Shown here one piece after another: positions 56,533-64,000 of a stretch of DNA of 64,000 nucleotides. The position numbers and the translations under genes were made by a program. This stretch comes from a bacterium. GTDB taxonomy: Bacteria; Armatimonadota; Zipacnadia; Zipacnadales; Zipacnadaceae. The notes under the pieces were generated by a model. That model searched no databases, was not told the origin of the DNA, and saw only the letters and a program-made list of their open reading frames with translations. Position 1 is the stretch's first letter. Each line of letters starts with the position of its first letter. The stretch covers positions 5,699-69,698 of the forward strand of contig JAUVZM010000001.1 of the NCBI GenBank assembly GCA_030602615.1, written 5' to 3'.

Positions 56533-56758
56533 CTCAGAGTTTTTTGATGCCTTCTGAGTTATAACTGAGCCATAGCGGGGTAGTAGCAGCGCATACTTAT
56601 TGTGTGTACTTGCGGCGTGTGACTACAGGATAGCCCCGGCGCGAGTCAAGACTGAATTGCGCAGAGCCGATATTTTATCGGAGGAGGAGAATTAGAGCCG
56701 AGGAGGAATATAACAATTGCAGCGCAGTGGCCAGTTTGAGGAAAGATCATTTAGTACT

Positions 56759-57523
56759 ATGGGAACATCAACCGCACACCGTTCGCCTGCCACCCCCCAG
56801 TGGGAGCGGGTAAGAGAGCTTTACAGGCAGCCGAATCCCCTGCCCGGTGAGGTAGTGGGACGGATCGTGGCGGCGCTGAGCTCCGAGACCCGCCAGCAGA
56901 TGCGTGGGCCCAGCGTAGCCTACGACCTCGATGCCCTGCTGTCGGGCAGTTACCAGGTGGCTACGCAGGGCCTTTCCGAGCTGTTAGCCGGTGTACACGC
57001 CTTTGCCGCTGCCCCGGTTGTCTCTTTGGCTGCCCTGCTGCGTGATCAAGCCCAGCAGCGTATCATCGCAGCCCAGGTCAGTTCGCGCTTCGGCGAACTG
57101 GCTCTGGATGCCCTCAGCAACACCGTTATGGATGTCGCTGCTGGTGGGCGAGGCATCCTCCAGGCAGAGCCTGCCCAGGTCGAAGCCGACTTCGGACGTT
57201 ATTTCACCGAACGAAACCTCACCGCACTTGGCGAGCGGTTCTTGGGTCACGACTTTGACCAGGTCTTCCGTTACTTTGTGGCTCGTGATATTGGTGATTT
57301 TGTGGGGACGGAGGCCTTCCCCTCGGTCAGCCACAGTTCTCGACTGCTTGACGAGGTGGCCCGATATTGCCGTGATACCACTACCGCCGTAAGCCTGGCT
57401 GGCTTCGAGGATCAGCTCCAGGAATCGGTGCAGCTCACCACCGCCGAGCGCATCAAGCTGCTAGAGCCGATGGTTGCTGAAGGCATTACCGCAGGATTGG
57501 ATGTTCTGGCCGGAGGAGCATAA
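56759..57523 (+). CDS. qatB: QatB-like protein
   Basis: MGTST N-terminus, helical Ala-rich body, 3 nt upstream of a QatC-like gene; alternative TTG start at 56717. Confidence 0.6.
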   Translation: MGTSTAHRSPATPQWERVRELYRQPNPLPGEVVGRIVAALSSETRQQMRGPSVAYDLDALLSGSYQVATQGLSELLAGVHAFAAAPVVSLAALLRDQAQQRIIAAQVSSRFGELALDALSNTVMDVAAGGRGILQAEPAQVEADFGRYFTERNLTALGERFLGHDFDQVFRYFVARDIGDFVGTEAFPSVSHSSRLLDEVARYCRDTTTAVSLAGFEDQLQESVQLTTAERIKLLEPMVAEGITAGLDVLAGGA

Positions 57524-57526
57524 ACG

Positions 57527-58882
57527 GTGCCTGTACGGGTGCTGCAAATTGAGGGGGCAGATGACTCTGATCTGGTCGGGCTCTGCAATCCTGAGGGGGC
57601 TGACTGGCTGCTGGACTGGCGCTCACCCCGCCGCAATGCCACCATTACCCTAACAGAGCTGCAGCAGCACCTGCCCGCTCCCCTCAGCCCGCTGGCCCGT
57701 GACTTTGTTGATGTCGCCACTGGTATCTTCCTGGCTGATATTGCAGTTCCCCGCGGTCGCAACGAGCAGTGGGTCCGCGACATTGAGCTATGCCTGGTTG
57801 TGCGCGAACTTGATTTCTGGCAGGCCAACGCCGGCCTGCTCATTGGCCTCGTCCAGCGTCTAACCGGCGACAACTTCACGCTCGCTTTCTTGCCGCGCAC
57901 CGACGAGACAGATGAGCCTGCCGCAGATGAACGCCCTGCTAACTTTGAGGCGGATTGCGTGAGCCTGCTCTCCGGCGGGGTTGACTCGTTGGCTGGGGCA
58001 GCAATGTTGCTCGAGGCCAAGCGCCGACCGCATCTTGTCCTGCACTATTCGGGCAATCCCACGGTGCGCCAGGCCCAGGATAGCGTTGTCACAGTGCTGC
58101 GCAACAACTGGCCGGCAAGCCACGTGACCAGCGCGGTGCATGCCGCTCCTGAGACCAGCCGCGAGCAGGCTCTGCCCTACCCTCAACCAGAAGAGCGCGA
58201 AGACTCCCGTCGGGCCCGCTCGCTACTGTTTATGGTGCTGGGTGCGGTCGCTGCCGCTACGACTGGCCTCGAAGAGGTCTACCTTCCCGAAAATGGCGTG
58301 CTTACCGCCGCCCTGCCGCTGACCCGCGCCCGCATCGGCAGCTTCTCTACCCGCAGCACCGACCCGGGCGTCATCAACCAGTTCAACACGCTCTGTGAGC
58401 AGGCCGGCTGGAGCTGTCGGGTGCAGAATCCCTTCATATATCAAACCAAGGCCGAGCTTATCAGCGACTTTCTACGGCCGGTGCTCAGCCCCCTGGACAT
58501 TCAGAAAACAGTTTCCTGTTGGATGGCGGGCCGCCAGCACCGCCAGTGCGGCGGCTGTATTCCCTGCCTGCTGCGCCGCCTTTCTATGCTGGCCGCCGGC
58601 CTGCCCGACGAAGCCTATATGATGGACCTCCTCGGCGACCCCCTGGCCCACAGCGGCACCGACGCTTTCACCAATCTGGTTGATCTGCTCACCCAGGTCT
58701 CGACGGTCCTCGCCCACACCGACGAGGAGCTGCTGATGGAGTACCCGCGGCTGTTAGACTTGGCTATGAGCGGGGTTGCTGTTGAGGAAGTCCTGGGGAT
58801 GCTGCGCCGCTTCGGCGGCGAGGTCAAGCAGGTACTAACCACCGACTTCCTCGCCGCCGCCAGCCTCCTGGAAGTAGTCTAA
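57527..58882 (+). CDS. qatC: QatC-like QueC (7-cyano-7-deazaguanine synthase family) protein
   Basis: N-terminal AD..VPR...WVRDI...LTGD domain; LLSGGVDS, RARSLLF, PENG, STRSTDP, NPF..TKAE, TVSC...CGGCIPCLLRR. Confidence 0.85.
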   Translation: MPVRVLQIEGADDSDLVGLCNPEGADWLLDWRSPRRNATITLTELQQHLPAPLSPLARDFVDVATGIFLADIAVPRGRNEQWVRDIELCLVVRELDFWQANAGLLIGLVQRLTGDNFTLAFLPRTDETDEPAADERPANFEADCVSLLSGGVDSLAGAAMLLEAKRRPHLVLHYSGNPTVRQAQDSVVTVLRNNWPASHVTSAVHAAPETSREQALPYPQPEEREDSRRARSLLFMVLGAVAAATTGLEEVYLPENGVLTAALPLTRARIGSFSTRSTDPGVINQFNTLCEQAGWSCRVQNPFIYQTKAELISDFLRPVLSPLDIQKTVSCWMAGRQHRQCGGCIPCLLRRLSMLAAGLPDEAYMMDLLGDPLAHSGTDAFTNLVDLLTQVSTVLAHTDEELLMEYPRLLDLAMSGVAVEEVLGMLRRFGGEVKQVLTTDFLAAASLLEVV

Positions 58883-58991
58883 CCCTGGTTCCTCCGTCCC
58901 TCTTCTCCCCGCGCTATCTACATCTCTTCCCCCGCCTATCCCCAATTCTATGCACGGGCCTCGGCACCAATTTAGGGAATATCTGTCTAGG

Positions 58992-60359
58992 TTATCCCGC
59001 GGGATGCTCAACACGCTTCCACACTCTCCCCAAAGTTTTCCACAACCCGCGCAGGGTCTGATACATGTCCTCAAGCGGACGGGGTTCCGTTCTTGCTAGC
59101 TGCTGGTACAGCACCACAACAGCTACCAGCACCACCACCTCCACCAGCGAGTGGGCGAAGCCTAGCGAGGTCCCCAGGACAGTTGTCCCAATGGTTGGTC
59201 TGGGGAATGTGGCTGGTGTGCTTAATGTGCTCAATGTGCTTATTATTGCGTACACTGGCACCGTGACTAGTAGCCACCGCGGCAGCATCACCACCAGGTC
59301 CCACCAACGAGTGTAGATTAGTTGAAGGTGTCTTTTCAGTCCTGCGATCAGGCTGGTTTGTTCCGCCAAGATTATCCACGGCACAAAAACTAGCCCGATC
59401 TGAAGCAGCGTGGGGATGTAGTACAGTGTGTCCAGCAAGGCTCTAACCAGTAACGACCACGTGTTGGTGCCGACCGGCCATAAGATGGATGTCATGGACA
59501 GGGGGAAAGACAACAGTAACAGAAGCCACCCGATTGGCAACCAACTGTGAAGGGCTCCCATCACTGCTCTGCGCAAGTTCCAGTGCTGGCCTCGTCCAAT
59601 TTGCACGAATAGATGCCATAACAGTGCTACAAACACGGCCGACGTGAAGGCGTCCAGCAATAAGTACAATGCTGTGTGCACCGATAACAGCCAAAAGGGC
59701 AGCAGGGGTATTGCGCGGTACTTGATAGCAAGAAGTCCGAATAAATTGAAGGAGGCAGCAACGAGGAATGCCGCAGAAGTCAGGTAGATCGGCCATGCCA
59801 GTTGGCGGTGACAAGCTGTCGGGAGCCACGCCGGCCGCCTAAACCAAAGCACAATGAGCACCACCGCCAATACCCCTAGTGCCAGCAAGTCCATGCGCCT
59901 ACCATAGGAGGTTGCGCTATCTAGGCCAATGCGCCGGAACTGCGGCAGCCCCCGCAATATCCAGTGGCGAGGAGTGCTTCCCCATATGCCGCCACCACCG
60001 ATGATAACAGCCCGTCCCCGGAACACACCGGCGAAGTGGGGCGCGTCGCGAATACTTGGCTCAGTTTCAGGCAGGCCACTACTTCGCTCTACCTCCCATT
60101 GCTGTCGCATTGGGGCATAGACCAGGGGATCCAGCACCAGCCAGTAGATAGCCGCCGAGGCGAGCCAACAGAGCAGCAGAATTGCGAGGAATCGCCGATT
60201 TCGCCACAGCCTCCGCACCGCCAGCCGGAAGAGGGCCAGGGGGTTCCGAACCAGGGGCATCGCCCGCCCCTCGTCCACGCATCGTACCCACTCCGCCGCA
60301 TACCAGGCCAGGAGTGCAGTGACCACCAGCCCAGCCGTGGCCGTCATCGTGCTGGACAT
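58992..60359 (-). CDS. Multi-pass membrane protein of unknown function
   Basis: About 9 hydrophobic segments, SD GAGG, no recognisable catalytic motif. Confidence 0.65.
   Translation of the reverse strand: MSSTMTATAGLVVTALLAWYAAEWVRCVDEGRAMPLVRNPLALFRLAVRRLWRNRRFLAILLLCWLASAAIYWLVLDPLVYAPMRQQWEVERSSGLPETEPSIRDAPHFAGVFRGRAVIIGGGGIWGSTPRHWILRGLPQFRRIGLDSATSYGRRMDLLALGVLAVVLIVLWFRRPAWLPTACHRQLAWPIYLTSAAFLVAASFNLFGLLAIKYRAIPLLPFWLLSVHTALYLLLDAFTSAVFVALLWHLFVQIGRGQHWNLRRAVMGALHSWLPIGWLLLLLSFPLSMTSILWPVGTNTWSLLVRALLDTLYYIPTLLQIGLVFVPWIILAEQTSLIAGLKRHLQLIYTRWWDLVVMLPRWLLVTVPVYAIISTLSTLSTPATFPRPTIGTTVLGTSLGFAHSLVEVVVLVAVVVLYQQLARTEPRPLEDMYQTLRGLWKTLGRVWKRVEHPAG
59017..59045. promoter_or_regulatory. 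Distal DnaA-box-like cluster
   Basis: CTTCCACA, CTCTCCCCA, TTTTCCACA; 59027-59045 is an 18/19 inverted copy of 56490-56508. Confidence 0.55.
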
Positions 60360-60432
60360 CTCTCTTACCTCTGGACCCTTGCGTGCGTGCTCACTGAGTC
60401 CACTGCAGCTTCACGCCGTCAAGGATACCTCT

Positions 60433-61455
60433 CTACAGCACCCTCGTCAACTCGTCCTGGTCGTAGCGGGGGAGGGGGTGGGTTTGGCCGGCGGTGGTTA
60501 TGGTGAGGCCTGCGGAGGGGGGTAGGGCGGTGGCGATGATGGCGGCGGGGATGTCAGCTTTGGCGGCGGCTGCGACGAGCTGGTCAGATTCTGCTTCGGG
60601 CACCGCCACCAGCAGGCAGCCGGAGGCAATCAGCCCCAGCGGGTCAATACCCAGGGCGCTGCAGAACCGCTCGCCCAGCGGCACTAACTCAATCGCCTCC
60701 GCCTCGACGCACAAACCAACGTCCGAAGCGGTGGCCATTTCCCAGAGGCCCGTAGCGATGCCCCCCTCGGTCGGGTCGTGCATCGCGTGGATATCTGTAC
60801 AGGTTTCGGTCGCCAATCTTGCATAGTCCAGCACACAGATGCCGGGGTCAAAGAGTAGTCCGGCAGCCTGCTGAATTTCCTCACTGGTGAAACCCTCGTC
60901 GCTCAGCATCTCCCCTAACTCACGGGCCAGCAGCGCCGTTCCCTCGATCGGGGCCTGCCCCAGCAAAACGATCTCATCGCCCACCTGCACACCGCAGGCG
61001 GCAATCTGCTCGCCGCGCGGGACTGTTCCGATCATCATCCCACTGGTCACCGGCACCTCCACGGTAGCCGTCACCTCGGTATGCCCGCCGACCAGCAGAA
61101 TATCCCATTGTGCGGCGGTCTGGCGAAGCTGCTGCCAGATATCCCGCACCAGTGCCTCATCACTGCCGCCCGCCGGCAGCAGTAGCGTGGTGAGCATCCA
61201 GCGGGGCACGCCGCCACTGGTGGCGATATCGTTGATGTTGACGCAGACGGTATAGTAGCCGAGTGCATCGGTGGCGAAGGTGATTGGGTCGCACGTGACC
61301 ACCAGGTAGTCTTGGGCGCCGACGTCAAGGACGGCAACATCGCGCCCGATGCCCGGCTCGACGATAACCGAGGAGTCGTCGGTATCAAGCTCGGCCAGCA
61401 GCTCGGCCAGAAACTCAGCCGACAGCTTACCGATTGGCAGGGGAGTTTTGCTCAT
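60433..61455 (-). CDS. AIR synthase-related / HypE-like protein
   Basis: PIGKL, PGIGRDVA, DPITF, NINDIA, GGHTE, AMHDPTEGG, DPLGLIASG. Confidence 0.88.
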   Translation of the reverse strand: MSKTPLPIGKLSAEFLAELLAELDTDDSSVIVEPGIGRDVAVLDVGAQDYLVVTCDPITFATDALGYYTVCVNINDIATSGGVPRWMLTTLLLPAGGSDEALVRDIWQQLRQTAAQWDILLVGGHTEVTATVEVPVTSGMMIGTVPRGEQIAACGVQVGDEIVLLGQAPIEGTALLARELGEMLSDEGFTSEEIQQAAGLLFDPGICVLDYARLATETCTDIHAMHDPTEGGIATGLWEMATASDVGLCVEAEAIELVPLGERFCSALGIDPLGLIASGCLLVAVPEAESDQLVAAAAKADIPAAIIATALPPSAGLTITTAGQTHPLPRYDQDELTRVL

Positions 61456-62159
61456 AGCAGCTCCTCATCCAGCAATGCTTCGACCAGCGCAGGCACGTCC
61501 CGAAACGCGAAGTCGGCGCCCAGCTCGTGGAACTGCTCCAGGGTGGTCTTGGCGGTCAGCACCCCGCAGGCGCGCACGCCGGCAGCCCGCCCGCACTGGA
61601 TATCGGTGGCGTGGTCGCCGACCATCAGCGCCTGCGAGGCCGCCACACCCAGCTCGGTCAGAGCTTGCTCGAGATGTTCCTGGTGCGGCTTGACATTGCG
61701 CAGGTCGTCGCGTGTGATGAGCACCTCATAGGGCAGCGGATGGCGGGAAAGCACCGCAGCGACGCCTTCGTGGCTATTGCGAGTGATGATGCCTATCTTC
61801 CGGCCGGCCGCGCGCAGTCGCTGCAATGCCTCGGGCACGCCCGGGAACGGTTCAGCCCGCCGGCAGTGGGGCAGTTCGACCTCGTGGAGGATCTTTTTGG
61901 CCTCTTCCCGGTACTGCTGCTGGCGGTCAGGGTCATCCTGCAGTCGCTCCTCGGCCCAGGCAACCAGCTCCAGGATATATCGATCTTCTTCGGCGCCCGG
62001 CTCCCACAGACCCCACTTGCGCAGGTGCTCGACGATGCCCTGCCGCATTGCGGCAAAGTCAATGTCGGTGTGGACCAGCGTTCCGTCGAAGTCGAACACG
62101 ACGGCCTCTATATCACTTAGTCCCGCTCTAGCTTGTTCTGGCAACTCGTGCATAGTCAT
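61452..62159 (-). CDS. HAD-family phosphatase (Gph-like)
   Basis: VFDFDGTL, IITRN, KPH, MVGDHATD. Confidence 0.9.
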   Translation of the reverse strand: MTMHELPEQARAGLSDIEAVVFDFDGTLVHTDIDFAAMRQGIVEHLRKWGLWEPGAEEDRYILELVAWAEERLQDDPDRQQQYREEAKKILHEVELPHCRRAEPFPGVPEALQRLRAAGRKIGIITRNSHEGVAAVLSRHPLPYEVLITRDDLRNVKPHQEHLEQALTELGVAASQALMVGDHATDIQCGRAAGVRACGVLTAKTTLEQFHELGADFAFRDVPALVEALLDEELL

Positions 62160-62197
62160 ACCTGTGCTTTGCCTCCTGGAATCTTCGCCAATCCACC

Positions 62198-62227
62198 AAA
62201 AAAGCCTCCCGACAGTCGCCGGGAGGC
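62198..62227 (-). terminator. Rho-independent terminator after the UPF0182 gene
   Basis: GCCTCCCG-GCGACTGT-CGGGAGGC followed by TTTTTT on the minus strand. Confidence 0.85.
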
Positions 62228-62257
62228 CATTTGGCTTGCTCTTTATCGGGGCTGGCG

Positions 62258-64000
62258 CTACTGGACTGCCGCGCCAAGCTGCTTGATGACCTTTTGCAGT
62301 TCTTCATTCTTAGCCTGATAGCCGGCCAGATCACCAGTGCGTCGCAGCCGGTCCGCTTCGGCTGACAGCGTCTGGGCCTCGCGGATCAACTGGGCCAGCT
62401 TATCAACGTCCACGCCGGCCGGTGTCGGTGCCTCTGGCGCGCTTGGCTCAGCCACCTCCGCTGTGGGCTCTTTGGCGACTGTGACCCGCGCGGCCCGACC
62501 AAACAGCTTGGCCAGGGCTTGGTCCAGGGTCGGCTCCATTACGATCTCGTTCCCCGCGGCGACGACCACCCGGTGCAGGACCGGAAAGGGTGTCTCGGTC
62601 GAGACCAGGTAGATCGGCTCGACATACAGCAGCGACTGTTCGATGGGGATCACCAGGGTATTGCCGCGGATGACCTGGGAACCACTCTGGCCCCACAGAG
62701 TCAGCTTCTCGGATATGGCCGGGTCCTGGTCAACGAGTGACTCGAACAGCATCGGGCCCAGGAAGAACTGAGCCGCGCTGAACTGGTAGACGAGCAATTC
62801 GCCGTAGTGCGGCTCGTCGGAACGCGCGGCGATCCAGGCCACCAGGTTCTTATCCTCCCGGCCCTTCAGGACCATCGGCACCATCTGGATGAACTCGGCC
62901 CTCTCTTCGCCGGGGAGCTTGAGAATGATGTAGTAAGCTTCCATGGACCGTGGGTAGCCGGCGTACAACTCAGGAGGAATGGCCCATTCGTCTTCGTTAT
63001 TGTAGAAGGTGCCCACGTCTTTCATGTGATAGCGGGCGTAGGTTTCCGCCTGGACCCGGAAGAGAAGCTGCGGATAACGGATGTGCTTCCGTAATTCCGG
63101 AGGCATCTGGGCGGAGTCAGTGAACAGGCTCGGAAAGATCTTGCGGTAGCACTGCAGGACCGGGTCGCTTTCGTCGAAAACGTAAAAGGTGGGCTTGCCA
63201 TTGTAGGCGTCCACGACCACCTTGACCGAGTTGCGTATGTAGTTAAGCGAACCGAGTTGCGGTGGCATTCGGGTCGAATATGGGTACATGCGGGAAACAG
63301 TGTACGCGTCGCAGATCCACTTGAGTTGGCCGTCAACCAAGACCAGGTAGGGATCGGGGTCGTAGACCATTATTGGGAAGGGCGTGATAGCATAGAGCCG
63401 GTCAGGCACGTAGCGGTTCATCTGGATCTTGCTTCCCAGGGTAAGGGCCGGGGTGAGCAAGATGTTCTTGTCCTTGAAGCGCATGGCAAAGACCAGGCGC
63501 CGGAGCAGGCCGCTGATGGAGACACCACCGGTGCCCGCGTAGTGGGTCATTTCGTTTTGGCCGGCTGCTGCGGTCTGGGGGTAATCCAGCTCCCGATTCT
63601 TGGTGTTGACGATGGTGTACGCGGTCTGCTCCACACGTACCGTCTGGGCGCCGATCGAGGGGGGCGGCTCCTGGTATTGCATTCCTTGTTCCGGGCCACC
63701 GGGTCGGTTGACGTCGGGCGGCGGCGGTCGGTGCTCGGGCGGCGCGATAACCTCGATGAGGCGCGCGCCGTGCTTGGCCATATAGTACAGACCTGGCCGC
63801 TCTACCTTCAGCTCATCGTAACTGCCTTCTGGCGGGAGGTCTTTGACCCACAGTCGGGGTAGGCCGCCGTCAGCCGATTCGTGCACCGGCGACATGCACA
63901 GGCCATAACCGTGTGTGTAGGTCAAGTACTTATTGACCCATGTCTGGCTCTTGGCGGGTAATCCGGCGTAATTGAGCTGTCGTGCGGCGAGCATCACTTG
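62258..64000 (-). CDS. UPF0182 family membrane protein, C-terminal part (5' end outside window)
   Basis: YTHGYG, DPDPYLV, WICDAYT...YPYS, NYIRNSVKVVVDAYNG, HIRYP, LLYVEPIY. Confidence 0.92.
   Translation of the reverse strand, partial: QVMLAARQLNYAGLPAKSQTWVNKYLTYTHGYGLCMSPVHESADGGLPRLWVKDLPPEGSYDELKVERPGLYYMAKHGARLIEVIAPPEHRPPPPDVNRPGGPEQGMQYQEPPPSIGAQTVRVEQTAYTIVNTKNRELDYPQTAAAGQNEMTHYAGTGGVSISGLLRRLVFAMRFKDKNILLTPALTLGSKIQMNRYVPDRLYAITPFPIMVYDPDPYLVLVDGQLKWICDAYTVSRMYPYSTRMPPQLGSLNYIRNSVKVVVDAYNGKPTFYVFDESDPVLQCYRKIFPSLFTDSAQMPPELRKHIRYPQLLFRVQAETYARYHMKDVGTFYNNEDEWAIPPELYAGYPRSMEAYYIILKLPGEERAEFIQMVPMVLKGREDKNLVAWIAARSDEPHYGELLVYQFSAAQFFLGPMLFESLVDQDPAISEKLTLWGQSGSQVIRGNTLVIPIEQSLLYVEPIYLVSTETPFPVLHRVVVAAGNEIVMEPTLDQALAKLFGRAARVTVAKEPTAEVAEPSAPEAPTPAGVDVDKLAQLIREAQTLSAEADRLRRTGDLAGYQAKNEELQKVIKQLGAAVQ

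Noticed and set aside
55955-56716. rpmH or a parS site next to dnaA; ORF 56119-56385
   Set aside because: No L34-like peptide or TGTTTCACGTGAAACA palindrome was found by eye; the ORF merely spans DnaA boxes and the promoter.
57527-58882. Ordinary queuosine-pathway queC
   Set aside because: At 451 aa it is about twice canonical QueC length, has the QatC-type N-terminal domain, and has no queD/E/F neighbours.
60433-61455. Hydrogenase maturation locus (hypE)
   Set aside because: It lacks the C-terminal PRIC cysteine and has no hyp neighbours; better called AIR-synthase-related.

Overview
A GC-rich bacterial chromosome segment spanning the replication origin, probably from an uncultured diderm Terrabacteria lineage (Armatimonadota-like; this is an inference, not a database result). 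In order: the rpsR 3' end; a class III aminotransferase; a complete rRNA operon (16S, tRNA-Ile, tRNA-Ala, 23S, 5S); an MNT gene with a truncated HEPN; a presenilin-like GxGD protease; a long minus-strand housekeeping block (folK, ftsH, tilS, purC, thrC, hom, accB, tRNA-Met, purB, glycoside hydrolase, TPR-deacetylase, birA, ECF sigma/anti-sigma, PASTA protein, aroKB, aroC, pilMNO(P)-STN-Q); fixABCX; an ABC-ATPase/DUF4276 cassette; a CDF transporter; a RAYT; rtcB-dciA-recF-dnaN-dnaA with a bipartite oriC; a qatB/qatC pair; and HypE-like, HAD and UPF0182 genes. Most notable: (1) a stand-alone QatB-like (MGTS) plus QatC (QueC-like) pair beside oriC, bracketed by inverted DnaA-box doublets; (2) an ECF sigma whose zinc anti-sigma ends in an STN-like domain, near a secretin and a secretin-N-only protein that both carry STN domains; (3) a 16S rRNA with compensated changes at near-universal positions that break the 341F/EUB338/1391R/1492R sites; (4) an rRNA operon apparently head-on to replication; (5) a 23S helix-45 intervening sequence; (6) one DNA repeat shared by pilN, pilO and pilP. 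All product calls come from motif recognition by eye; no searches were run.
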